A model generated the notes under the pieces. The model made no database searches and had not been told where the DNA came from. It saw nothing but the letters and a program-made list of their open reading frames with translations. A DNA stretch of 63,698 bases, counting the filler, from Licmophora abbreviata (lineage: Eukaryota): the NCBI GenBank assembly GCA_900291995.1. It is 13 parts of 13 records of this genome, joined end to end, with 100 filler letters (N's around TTAATTAATTAA, not from the genome) between each part and the next. Parts side by side here need not be neighbours in the genome. Positions count along the whole stretch, not along the records: positions 19,374 to 22,017 come from OLMU01001232.1; positions 22,118 to 23,892 come from OLMU01001233.1; positions 23,993 to 32,752 come from OLMU01001234.1; 10 more parts are not named here. One strand, given 5' to 3'. Made by a program: the position numbers and the translations under genes. Of the stretch, positions 20,552-30,062 are shown piece by piece (position 1 is the first letter of the stretch; the number at the start of each line of letters is the position of its first letter).

Positions 20552-23240
20552 ATGGCGAAGCGCGTCGCCCTAGCAGACGATGGCGCTGCACCCAGCATCG
20601 ACCCCGAGCTGGGCGACGATCTGCTTCCGCTGCCTTCGCTCCGAATCTGTATCTTGATTGTGGGTACTCACGGAGACGTTCTTCCCTTTTGCGGTCTCGC
20701 CGATGCGCTGGAAGCGCAGGGGCACCGCGTGCGGATTGCGACCCACGAAGTGCATCGCAAGACCGTGCTCTCCCGGAATCTCGATTTCTACCCACTCGCC
20801 GGGGACCCCAAGAAGCTGTCTGAATGGATGGTAATGACGGGTGGCAGTATCTGGGGCGAAGCGATGAACCCCCAGATGATTCCTACGAAAACAGCCATGG
20901 TCGAAGACATCTTCCGTTCTACCTGGCCGGCAGTGACGGAGAATGATCCCAGGAGCAGGGAGGATCCTGAGACGCTCGCTCCGTACGTCGCTGATGCTGT
21001 GATTTCCAATCCTCCCGCGATTGGGCATGTGCATGTCTGCGAGGCCCTGGGCATCCCGTTGCACATTATGTTTCCGCAGCCGTGGTTTTATGGAACGAAA
21101 GCCTTCCCTCACCCTATGGCGGGATTGTCCTATGTGGAGGGACGAGATCGCAACTTGCAGTCTTACGGGGCGTTTGAAGCGCTCTCATGGGCGGCTCTGG
21201 GAAGCAAAGTTAATCACTGGCGAAAGAAAACTCTGCGCTTAAAGCAGATACGTATTACGGAAGGCGCTAGTCAAGCCATCGTTCGGAGTAAAATTCCTTT
21301 CAGCGCCATGTGGAGCCCTTCGTTCGTCCCCAAGCCGGATGATTGGCCCAGACAGGTCGAAGTCGTCGGAACCTTCACGCCTCCGAAACAGCGGGAGACG
21401 AGTATTCATGGCGACGAATTTGACACGTCGCCTTTTTCCGATCTGGTTGACTGGCTACGCAAGGGATCCAAGCCTGTCTTTATTGGATTCGGCTCCATGG
21501 TCATTGAAGATCCTGATAGGTTGGTCACCGTTATTCAGGGCGCAGCTCGCCAAACCAAAACCCGGATCGTGGTGCAGAGCGGATGGTCCAAACTCGACGT
21601 TATGAACGATGATAATCCTTGGGACGAACGCCTTGTGCCTCTGTGTTTCAACGTAGGACCGTGCCCGCACGATTGGCTCCTTCCGCAAACTGCTGCAGTC
21701 ATTCATCATGGTGGAGCCGGGACAACAGCTGCAGGTCTACGCCACGGACTACCGACCATGGTCTGTCCCTTCTTTGGGGATCAGTACATGTGGAGCGAGG
21801 TTCGTTTTGTGTCTTTTTGCTATTTTCGGGTGGATTGTTATAGGTTGCTTGTTGTAATTTTACGTTTGGAAACCCCACGTTGACTGACAAGTTGTTCGCT
21901 TCTTTCAACCGTTCTTTCGTAGATGGTACGCCGGGCCGGTTGTGGACCCGAACCGTGTCCAATCGGCCAGCTGACGGAGGAGATTCTTGTTACACGAATT
22001 GGTACCCTAACGAGCAANNNNNNNNNNNNNNNNNNNNNNNNNNNNNNNNNNNNNNNNNNNNTTAATTAATTAANNNNNNNNNNNNNNNNNNNNNNNNNNN
22101 NNNNNNNNNNNNNNNNNGGAAATTAAGGAGCGTGTGCTGGAGGTTGCCGACCAGATGAATCAAGAAGACGGAATAACGGAGGGACTGAAACACTTCCTCA
22201 AGGAATTGCCGCGTGATAGTATGCTGTGTGATGTGAGCCTCCTACTCGGAGAGACGAAACTCGCTCGATATCGATACATTGACCACAACATTAAGCTGTC
22301 TTCTGACGTTGCAGCATGTGTGCTCCGGTCCACAATGTCTAACGATAAGAAGCAGAAGAAGGTTGCCAGCAGCCTCAACGATTTGAGCCTTAGAAGCATG
22401 GTAGGAGCACCCACCAAATGGCTCTCCAGACAGCCACAGCTGAAGCGAAACAGTGCGACGTTCTACAATATTTTTCAAGTGCAGACGCTTCAACAGGGGT
22501 GTAGTGCTGGAGTGTATGGATGCATCGAAAATCTTGTTCGCGCCCCCCTGCAGCTATACTTCAAACCTGACGGGAATGCTCGATCGCACGGCGCGTGTGG
22601 TTGTCTCTTTGGATTGATCATTGCACCGCTGTTCCTGGTGTGGTTTGTTATCATGGCGTTTGTAATTCTTGTGGATCGATTGCTCGTTGCGATTTTGAAT
22701 TCCTGTTTCAACAAAGATCTACACTATCTCCTTCGAGAAGATCCCAGAGCCAAGATTCATGACACAGAGGCGATCGAGCAGGAAGCCAAGGACGCAATGG
22801 CAGAGCACACCAAGATGTCGACAGTGCTCACAGTGTTCGAAGCCCTGGAAATGGCTAGGAATGCGAGGACCGCCTTTGAGGCAAGCCAACCAAGACATGC
22901 AACTGATCAGCATCATTTTCGCGTGGTGGCACCAACGAAGCTCTTCGAGCAGCTCCGCTCGTCCTCGTCCTTACCGCTACTAACAGAGTCTGAGCGAAAG
23001 TTTCTCTTGGACAAGCTTTCCGACTACGCTGAGGCGGGTAAGAGTGTTAGCTTCAGTAGGTTTTGTTTCATCATCCATGAAGCTACATCTCTGACAGACT
23101 CGCTCAAGATTAAAGATCAGAATGTCAAGCGAGGTGTCAGGAGTACGAGGCGCCCAACCTACAACGAAGTCTACCTGGCGGCAGCCGTGGACGCCATGGG
23201 CGATGACTTGAGCCAGGTGGAGGAAGAGGATGAAGATTAG
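20552..23240 (+). CDS. Sterol 3-beta-glucosyltransferase (UGT80/ATG26-like) with C-terminal membrane extension; crosses a gap
   Basis: ILIVGTHGDVLPF, HRVRIATH, DAVISNPP..GHVHVCEALGIPLH, PVFIGFGSM, PHDWLLP..AVIHHGGAGTTAAGL..PFFGDQ. Intron 21800-21922. The frame reads straight across the linker (TLTS-K-EIKERVLEVADQMNQEDG). Confidence 0.9.
22018..22117. other. Artificial scaffold linker (true gap probably 0 bp)
   Basis: N44-TTAATTAATTAA-N44; flanks abut in frame within the glucosyltransferase. Confidence 0.98.
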
Positions 23241-23260
23241 GACTGGTACAATACACGAAT

Positions 23261-23437
23261 TGCCGTTGTTCGTGTGTGCTTGCGTGAGTGACGAGAAGCA
23301 CCACCAAGTGCGGGAAGTCCAGTTGGAGACAAGCTGCATAATTCTGCATGCCGTTGTTTCGTGTGTGCTTGCGTGAGTGACGAGAAGCACCACCAAGTGC
23401 GGGAAGTCTAGTTGGAGACAAGCTGCATAATTCTGCA
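23261..23437. repeat. Two-copy 88/89-bp tandem repeat between convergent gene 3' ends
   Basis: tgccgttgtt(t)cgtgtgtgcttgcgtgagtgacgagaagcacc...gctgcataattctgca at 23261-23348 and 23349-23437, differing by one indel and one substitution. Confidence 0.93.
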
Positions 23438-23503
23438 TCCGTTTGGAGCCCGTCCGCCAAACAAGGAGAGTGGTCGTAGGAGCATATAAAAGTATTAAAT
23501 GTT

Positions 23504-25841
23504 TCATTTCTGGAGGACCGGGAGCATCATCAGATCCCACGCAGCGGCAATGTTGGTTTCGTCAAGAGAGCTTGCCTTGATTGCCTGCATCTCGATTCTT
23601 GTCATTAGTGAAATGCTGTCGATCGCCTCATCGCCCTTGTACCTAGCACTGAAATGATTCAGCAACAAACGCTTCGCCTTGACTTTCTTTGCAAACTCTC
23701 CAGCCATGAAGGGGGTCGAATGTCCATGAATTACGGTGTCTTTTGTGACCGCTCTCAGACTACTGTCCTTGTCAACACCAGGCAGGTAGGTGTTTGTGGC
23801 TTCGTGCACGAGGACGTCCGCATCTTGCGCCAGATTTGTGAGTGCACGTGCGTCCGCGGTGTCTCCACAAATGACCACCTTTCGCCCGTTGCNNNNNNNN
23901 NNNNNNNNNNNNNNNNNNNNNNNNNNNNNNNNNNNNTTAATTAATTAANNNNNNNNNNNNNNNNNNNNNNNNNNNNNNNNNNNNNNNNNNNNGCGGTGGG
24001 TCCACTGCTTCCGCATGCGTGACTACCGTACCGTCCGGAAACGAAAAAGAACTACCTTCGGGAAGGTTCTTAATGACAGCCATGGCTTTCATGGGAATGG
24101 TGAACCCAGCTTCTCTCAGCGCGCCCAGATTTCTCTTCACAATTGGTTCGACGTACTCATTTCGCAGCCGACCCGGTCTGGTTTGTTCGTCGACGACATA
24201 TCCCAGGCAAGGGACCCCATGCGACATGGGCGCGGCATAGACCTTGACATCATCTTCGTCTTCCACCTCCCAGACTGGCGCGCCATCGTACGACGATGGG
24301 TGACCATAATTAGGAAAGATGTCTCTTCCACCTGGAATCTCCCCGAACTGCGGCGATGGAGGCAAGTTGACATGATTACATTGAGTAATCCAGCTGTCAC
24401 GGTCTTCACCCGCGAGTCCATGCGACCCCCATCGCTGCTGCTGCTTCTGTTTTCGTCCTCGATAAAAGTACCGATTGGTCCTCCGATGCAACTCCCATTC
24501 AGGAGCCATGGGAATGTCCATGATTTCATGGACACGATAGGGTGGAACGATGCGCGATACGCTGTACCGAATCGCCACTCGCAACCACATCCGGAGGCCT
24601 TCGGGTCCGTAAATCTCCACAGGCGGGGCATCGCGATCCCGATCTTGCCCCATCAAACAGAGCAAGCCAGGTAGACCAAAACTGTGATCTCCATGTGCAT
24701 GTGTTATGAATATTTTCGTTATTTTGCCGGGCTTGACGCCCGAAGTTCTCTGAACTTGTAGCTGCAGTACGAGGTGAAAAATGAAGTTAAACGCGGCGAG
24801 TGCGTGAGAGAGAGAGAGTGACGACCCGGTGACATCATGGGAACTGACTGCGCAATGTTGCGAGAACAGGCATCCGAAGCGTAAAATGAAAGAAGAATAT
24901 CGCCATTGTAATAAAACTCAGACTGGTGCCAGCATCTCGAATTTCGTCCTTTGCCTTTCTCTTGCGCTGGAATACACCCTCTCAATTCATAGCTCGTAAC
25001 TCACCTGTGTACACTCTCCAACATCAAACAGCCACGTGCCTCCTGAGAAGCTGCTGTACTGCGGTGCGTTATTTTGTGCTTGTTGTTGACTTCGTCTTCG
25101 CCAATTGAGTCGCAGTGCCGTACAACTGACACCTCGGGTTGCACCCGGTGTGCAACTGGCCGTCCCAATGAAAATGACATCCATATCTGACTTTGTTGTG
25201 TTCTGCAACATGGGATGATACTGTTGTCTCACGTCCAGCACAACATCGTCTACTCCAGCCTGTGTACTAGTCAATACAGCACCTTCTTCTACTACAGTAG
25301 GCCGAAGGGGAGGGTACCTCCTGTAGAGCTGTTCATATAGAACATCCTTGGGAGTCAATTCGCCATTCGTGCGAGTCGATGGTACCGTTGTCAAAGGGGG
25401 CATGCGCAAAGGAGCCGTTGATCGTCTCGATGTTTGTTGGCTTCCCGCCGGTGTGTCGGATGCTACTTCTGTCGGTTCCTCCTTCACTTCAGGTTGCAGA
25501 AGAACTCGATTTGTACTACCTCCACTACTACTTTCATTAAAAGGCAAATGCTCTGCCAGATAATCAACCAAGTCATGTTTTCTCTTCAATCTGGACAGCA
25601 AACCTCGTTCTTGTTCATGCAATTTGTGGTCCTTCAAGAGCTGGCGGAGCTCCTTTACCGTCAGGTCTTCCAACAAGCTTACAGGATGAGACGGCGCGAC
25701 AGACAGGGGCGTACTGAAGTGGGAGTGCCGAGATGGGCGTGGCACTGGTACGAACGCACTAGAAAGACCCGTGGTAGTAAAGATGGACGAGCAGGGAAGA
25801 AAAATAACAAGAACGGATGCCCCCAGGCATGACACACGCAT
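23504..25841 (-). CDS. RNZ: Plastid-targeted ribonuclease Z (tRNase Z, metallo-beta-lactamase fold); crosses a gap
   Basis: Bipartite signal ending SSAFVP, FIGTASCTP..RGVSCTAL, WLFDVGECTQ, intron 24762-25004, KIFITHAHGDHSFGLPG (HxHxDH), MSHGVPCLGY, GRKVVICGDT, DVLVHEAT, HGHSTP and LLLNHFSARY. An alternative upstream ATG lies at 25916. Confidence 0.92.
23893..23992. other. Artificial scaffold linker (true gap probably 0 bp)
   Basis: N44-TTAATTAATTAA-N44; flanks abut to give DPPRNGRKVVICGDT in RNase Z. Confidence 0.98.
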
Positions 25842-26318
25842 CGCTATTTCGTGCGCCCCTGAGATCTTCTGCCTTCTCCGCCGTCTGAATCTCTGGTCCT
25901 TCTCGTCATTCTGCATTTAAATATAACGCTCCTCAATCGTCCACGACGATAACAACAGCAACCACAACGACGACGACACGAAGAAAAGCTTTGCAAAATT
26001 GTGATCACCATGATGGCAAAGTCGTCTCGTCGTGCGTCGTTCTGGAATGGATGGCGGACATTGCGACTCGACTCGACTCACTTGACTCAACCGTATCGCG
26101 CGGACGACGAGCCGACCTCCGCGATGAGCTTTCTGAGAAGACGTTGGAATGAACGGAGACCTCGTAACCTCGTACTCCGAGTAGTCTTCTAAAACAAAGT
26201 CTTACGAAAGGAGCTAACGCTACGACGAAAGCTCACCACCATGTCTCTTCACCTATTGCAAAGGACATGCGTACTCTCTAAAGTTTTTGCCCTTTGAATG
26301 CAGTAACATTCGTCTATC

Positions 26319-27578
26319 TTACAGCCGTCGAGCTACAAACTGAATCAACGTTCGTCCATGATCGCCATCGGACGCAATGGCATCGTGCAGTATCTCCCAG
26401 CAGCATAGACTTTCTGATAATGAAGAACCTCCTCCAAAGAGAGTGGCTAGCTCATCACGTTCCAGTACACTCCTTTCCTGATATGCAAAAGGAACGTCAG
26501 TGAGACACACTTGTGCAGTGAGAAAACTACGACACAACAGAAGCAACACGCTCACCTTGGGATGATCAAAGTCCCACGTTGCACCCTTCGATACCTTACA
26601 AAAGTGACTCATGGCAAACAGAGTGTTTGGTTGGATCGGAGCTTTCTCAGATGCCAAGTACCGTATCAACTTGGGCTCATAAAAGCGTACCGCATACAAG
26701 CACAATAAGTTTGCATCATTCTCATTGCTGTTCATCATCGCTACTTGCTCTTGAATTACATCAAGTTTGCGTAGATCCATCAAACGAGCGTCGGAATAGT
26801 CGGGGTATACCCCACGGTGGGTCCAGAATGGTATGCATCGCTTGGCACTAGCCTTGTGATGATCTAATCCGACGACTCGGCACCGACGGGGATGACGAGG
26901 CTCTGTGCTACTTCTGTTGCGATCCAATAGCTGGATCTGTTCCGCCAGAAAGCACACATCCCGACCTGCTCCGCTGCCGAGATCCCATATTTCAAATGAC
27001 ATGTGGTCGTCGTCGTCGTCGCCGTTAGTCAGGTTTGCCCTACGTGTCAAGTCGACCAGTCGCTCTCGCAGAAGCGGCCACAGAACACTCTCCACCATGG
27101 CATCGGGCTGCCAGAGTCGCGGCTGTGGCAACACGGATACCAGCTCATCCGCCATCTTGAGAAGCCCCAGCTCTCTCGCTTGTCTCCACAATGCGTCATT
27201 CGCCACCAGCACCTGCGGTACCTGCCACGGCTGTCGCGATTGCTGCGTAGCCTTGCTCGTGGTGGCACCAAAGAATGCATGTACGAGAGACAGTACTTGG
27301 GTTTCCTCGTCGATTAGAATCGCAAAACCGACATGACGAGGGGGCAGTTCACAAGACCGTTCTCCTGAAACGAGCGTAGAAAAGGGCAAGGAGACGATCG
27401 TACTGTTGGTATTCTTTGTATGCGTGGTGGTGTAAGGTGTCACATCGTCCAGTGTCAATGTCTTGTCTTGTTCTCTCTCTCGAATGTCGACCAGGGGGAG
27501 TCGAAGTCCGTTTTCTCCATATCCGTCCCACCATTCCTGCAAGCGGACTACTCGAAACTGCTGCTGCGCCGAGAGCAT
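26319..27578 (-). CDS. Class I SAM-dependent methyltransferase with N-terminal rhodanese-like segment
   Basis: Motif I WDLGSGAGRDVCFLA and VVGLDHH; N-terminal LVDIR..SLPFSTL...RSCELPP; RLWQPD. One probable in-frame intron near 26478-26555. Confidence 0.72.
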   Translation of the reverse strand: MLSAQQQFRVVRLQEWWDGYGENGLRLPLVDIREREQDKTLTLDDVTPYTTTHTKNTNSTIVSLPFSTLVSGERSCELPPRHVGFAILIDEETQVLSLVHAFFGATTSKATQQSRQPWQVPQVLVANDALWRQARELGLLKMADELVSVLPQPRLWQPDAMVESVLWPLLRERLVDLTRRANLTNGDDDDDHMSFEIWDLGSGAGRDVCFLAEQIQLLDRNRSSTEPRHPRRCRVVGLDHHKASAKRCIPFWTHRGVYPDYSDARLMDLRKLDVIQEQVAMMNSNENDANLLCLYAVRFYEPKLIRYLASEKAPIQPNTLFAMSHFCKVSKGATWDFDHPKVSVLLLLCRSFLTAQVCLTDVPFAYQERSVLERDELATLFGGGSSLSESLCCWEILHDAIASDGDHGRTLIQFVARRL

Positions 27579-27769
27579 TCCTTGTGGCCATGTGATGCTT
27601 GTTGAAAGTTTTATAGGAGTACTACTCGTAGTGTGTGTGTCAACTAAAAGCGGCGACGGACGAAATACGACACATCTCAAGGACCTTTTGAATACGAAAT
27701 TACAGTCATTTTCTTCTATTGCATTTCAAACACCATTTCGCGCCCCTCGTACATGATGCGGCTCTTTCT

Positions 27770-29806
27770 CTACGTCGTCCTTAGACTATCATATGTCGAT
27801 CGTTCGCTCCTCTCCTCAATGGTGGATAGCATGGATGCGAGTTCCGCAGGACTTGTATCGTGCCTGTTGCCATCGGCTTTTTTCTTACCACCGCCAAAGA
27901 CCTCTTGCAACTCATCCAACGTCTTTCCCTTGGTTTCCGGCAAAGTCCAATACAACCATACGAATCCACACCCACTCAGCACTGCGTACAGCCACATCGC
28001 ACGATGCGTCAAGAGACGTTCGGACAGCGTCAGGAAGCTTGCAGATATCATCAAGTTGCAAAGCCAATTGGTGCTTGTGGACAAACTCACGGCCAAACTG
28101 CGATATTTCACAGGATAAATCTCTGAATTGACCGTCCACGGGAGTCCGGCTAAGCCGATACCGAATACAACCAGGAAGAGAACCATAAACAGTACAGACA
28201 AGTAGCCGTATGGGTTCGAGCAGGACATGTAGTGAAAGGAAGCGTCGACTGGACACTGGTCCGTGTCGAATGGTCCATCGTGTGTTCCCTTGACGCACAC
28301 GCCACCGCAGAAGCCACAGTCGTCCATACCGACACAATCAAAGCAGTATGCAGTCACGCCACTCCATCCCCATCCGGGTTGCGATGCACAGGCATCACCT
28401 GCACTCGATCCTGTGACTAGCTCGGAGTCCACTCGGGCCAAGTAAAACGAGAATCCAAGTCCCACCAACGACAGGGTGACCAGACCCATACTCGTCAAGA
28501 GCAGTATACGACGTCCGGCAGTTCCAACTAGAAAGACACTCAACGCCAGCCCCAAAATCTGCGCGAGACTCGTAAATGCACTCAGCCAAATGGACGCGAC
28601 CTCATTGAATCCCGCCATTTGATAAATGGAAGCGGCGTAATACAGGACGCTATTGACACCGCACCATTGTTGCAGTACCATCAAACTGCATCCCACAACC
28701 AACGCTCTTCGTGTAGATGTGTTCTCCCACATTTCCATAAACGACGCCTCTTCATCATCACCTCCCACCATGGCCATATTTTCTTGAATCTCCAACAACT
28801 CTGCTTGCACATCCTCTTCCGTATCGCGTAGCGTCCTCAGAATCTCTGCCGCTTGTTCTCTTTTCTTCTTGGACACTAACCAGCTCGGCGACTCTGGAAG
28901 ATTCCAGAATCCCACAAACATGACGATCCCCGGCACGGCTGCCATGCCCAACATAAAGCGCCAGCCGTGGTGGTACGGAGCGAGTAGGCCATCGACTATC
29001 CCAGCAAAGAACTGTCCAAAGCACATCATTAACGCGTAGGTAGACACCAGCATGCCTCGCAAGCTTGGTTTGGCCATTTCTGCAATGTACATGGGCGACG
29101 TCAGAGACTCAATGCCAATGCCAGTACCAAGGAGTATTTCGCCAATGACAAGCATGCTGTAGTTCATGGCACAAAATAGGACCACGGCACCCAGTACAAA
29201 GACAGCCGCTGCGAGCAAGATTGTCTTCTTTCGTCCATACTTGTCATTCAAGTGTCCACCGAGAAAGCTACTTCGAAACGCCGCGAAAATGGTGGCGCTA
29301 ATGATGAGTTCCTTGTGCATTGCCGTCAACTGAAAGACTCTTGCGAGTGGCAGTAGAGCACCACTCAAAACACCAGTATTGTACCCACTCAAGAAGCCCC
29401 CCAAAGCCGCTATGCATGTTATTGTCCGCATGCGCCTCATGACTTCTTGGCATCGCTCCGAGTCCGGGGGTGGTGGTATATGTAGCAAACTCCGTCGATC
29501 TACATCCCGATCGAGCTCTGCATCGAGTGTCAACAAGTGCTGCAAATCCGCAATGTCGATGTCGAGTCCGCTGATTTTTCTATGCTTCAAATGAGAAATC
29601 GTACTGCGACGATCTCCTCTTGTTGCTGCTAGCGTACTCATACGTACGGTTGGAATGGGGCGATTCACGGAAGGGCGGACTGTAACTATGGTAGTTCGGC
29701 GACCGACCAACAGTCGATCCGCCTCTGCCAGCGTATCTTGAATCGACAGTGGCTCTTCTTGAAGCAGTGATTCATCGTACTCATCAGGAGTCTTTGACGA
29801 CGTCAT
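27770..29806 (-). CDS. MFS sugar porter, H+/myo-inositol cotransporter (HMIT/INT) type
   Basis: GGFLSGYNTGVLSGAL, DKYGRK, PMYIAE, LPESP, LQQWCGVNSVLYY, GRR, PWTVNSEIYP and LPETKG, plus a Cys-rich extracellular loop (CFDCVGMDDCGFC) typical of the HMIT/INT subfamily. An alternative start lies at 29848. Confidence 0.92.
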   Translation of the reverse strand: MTSSKTPDEYDESLLQEEPLSIQDTLAEADRLLVGRRTTIVTVRPSVNRPIPTVRMSTLAATRGDRRSTISHLKHRKISGLDIDIADLQHLLTLDAELDRDVDRRSLLHIPPPPDSERCQEVMRRMRTITCIAALGGFLSGYNTGVLSGALLPLARVFQLTAMHKELIISATIFAAFRSSFLGGHLNDKYGRKKTILLAAAVFVLGAVVLFCAMNYSMLVIGEILLGTGIGIESLTSPMYIAEMAKPSLRGMLVSTYALMMCFGQFFAGIVDGLLAPYHHGWRFMLGMAAVPGIVMFVGFWNLPESPSWLVSKKKREQAAEILRTLRDTEEDVQAELLEIQENMAMVGGDDEEASFMEMWENTSTRRALVVGCSLMVLQQWCGVNSVLYYAASIYQMAGFNEVASIWLSAFTSLAQILGLALSVFLVGTAGRRILLLTSMGLVTLSLVGLGFSFYLARVDSELVTGSSAGDACASQPGWGWSGVTAYCFDCVGMDDCGFCGGVCVKGTHDGPFDTDQCPVDASFHYMSCSNPYGYLSVLFMVLFLVVFGIGLAGLPWTVNSEIYPVKYRSLAVSLSTSTNWLCNLMISASFLTLSERLLTHRAMWLYAVLSGCGFVWLYWTLPETKGKTLDELQEVFGGGKKKADGNRHDTSPAELASMLSTIEERSERSTYDSLRTT

Positions 29807-30062
29807 GGGTTCTTGACGATGAGGAAAAGAGACGACAAAAGGAGACATGCGTTCACCCGGAGCATGTGTTTCTGGTGTGTGTTGTGTGTCGACGACGAAA
29901 GATCTCAAGATCTCAAGATCTCATCATTTTGTTCTGAGTTTTAGATTGAGAAATGTCATTGTGACGTGAATGAACCAAGTCCCGCCTATCGTCATACTCG
30001 ACACCAAACTGCCATTCCATATTCCATGCATGCTACGGCACAATCAGATCTATCTAGCGGTT

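Noticed and set aside
24762..25004. Unusually long (243-nt) RNase Z intron as a snoRNA host
   Set aside because: No convincing C/D or H/ACA box arrangement was visible by eye.
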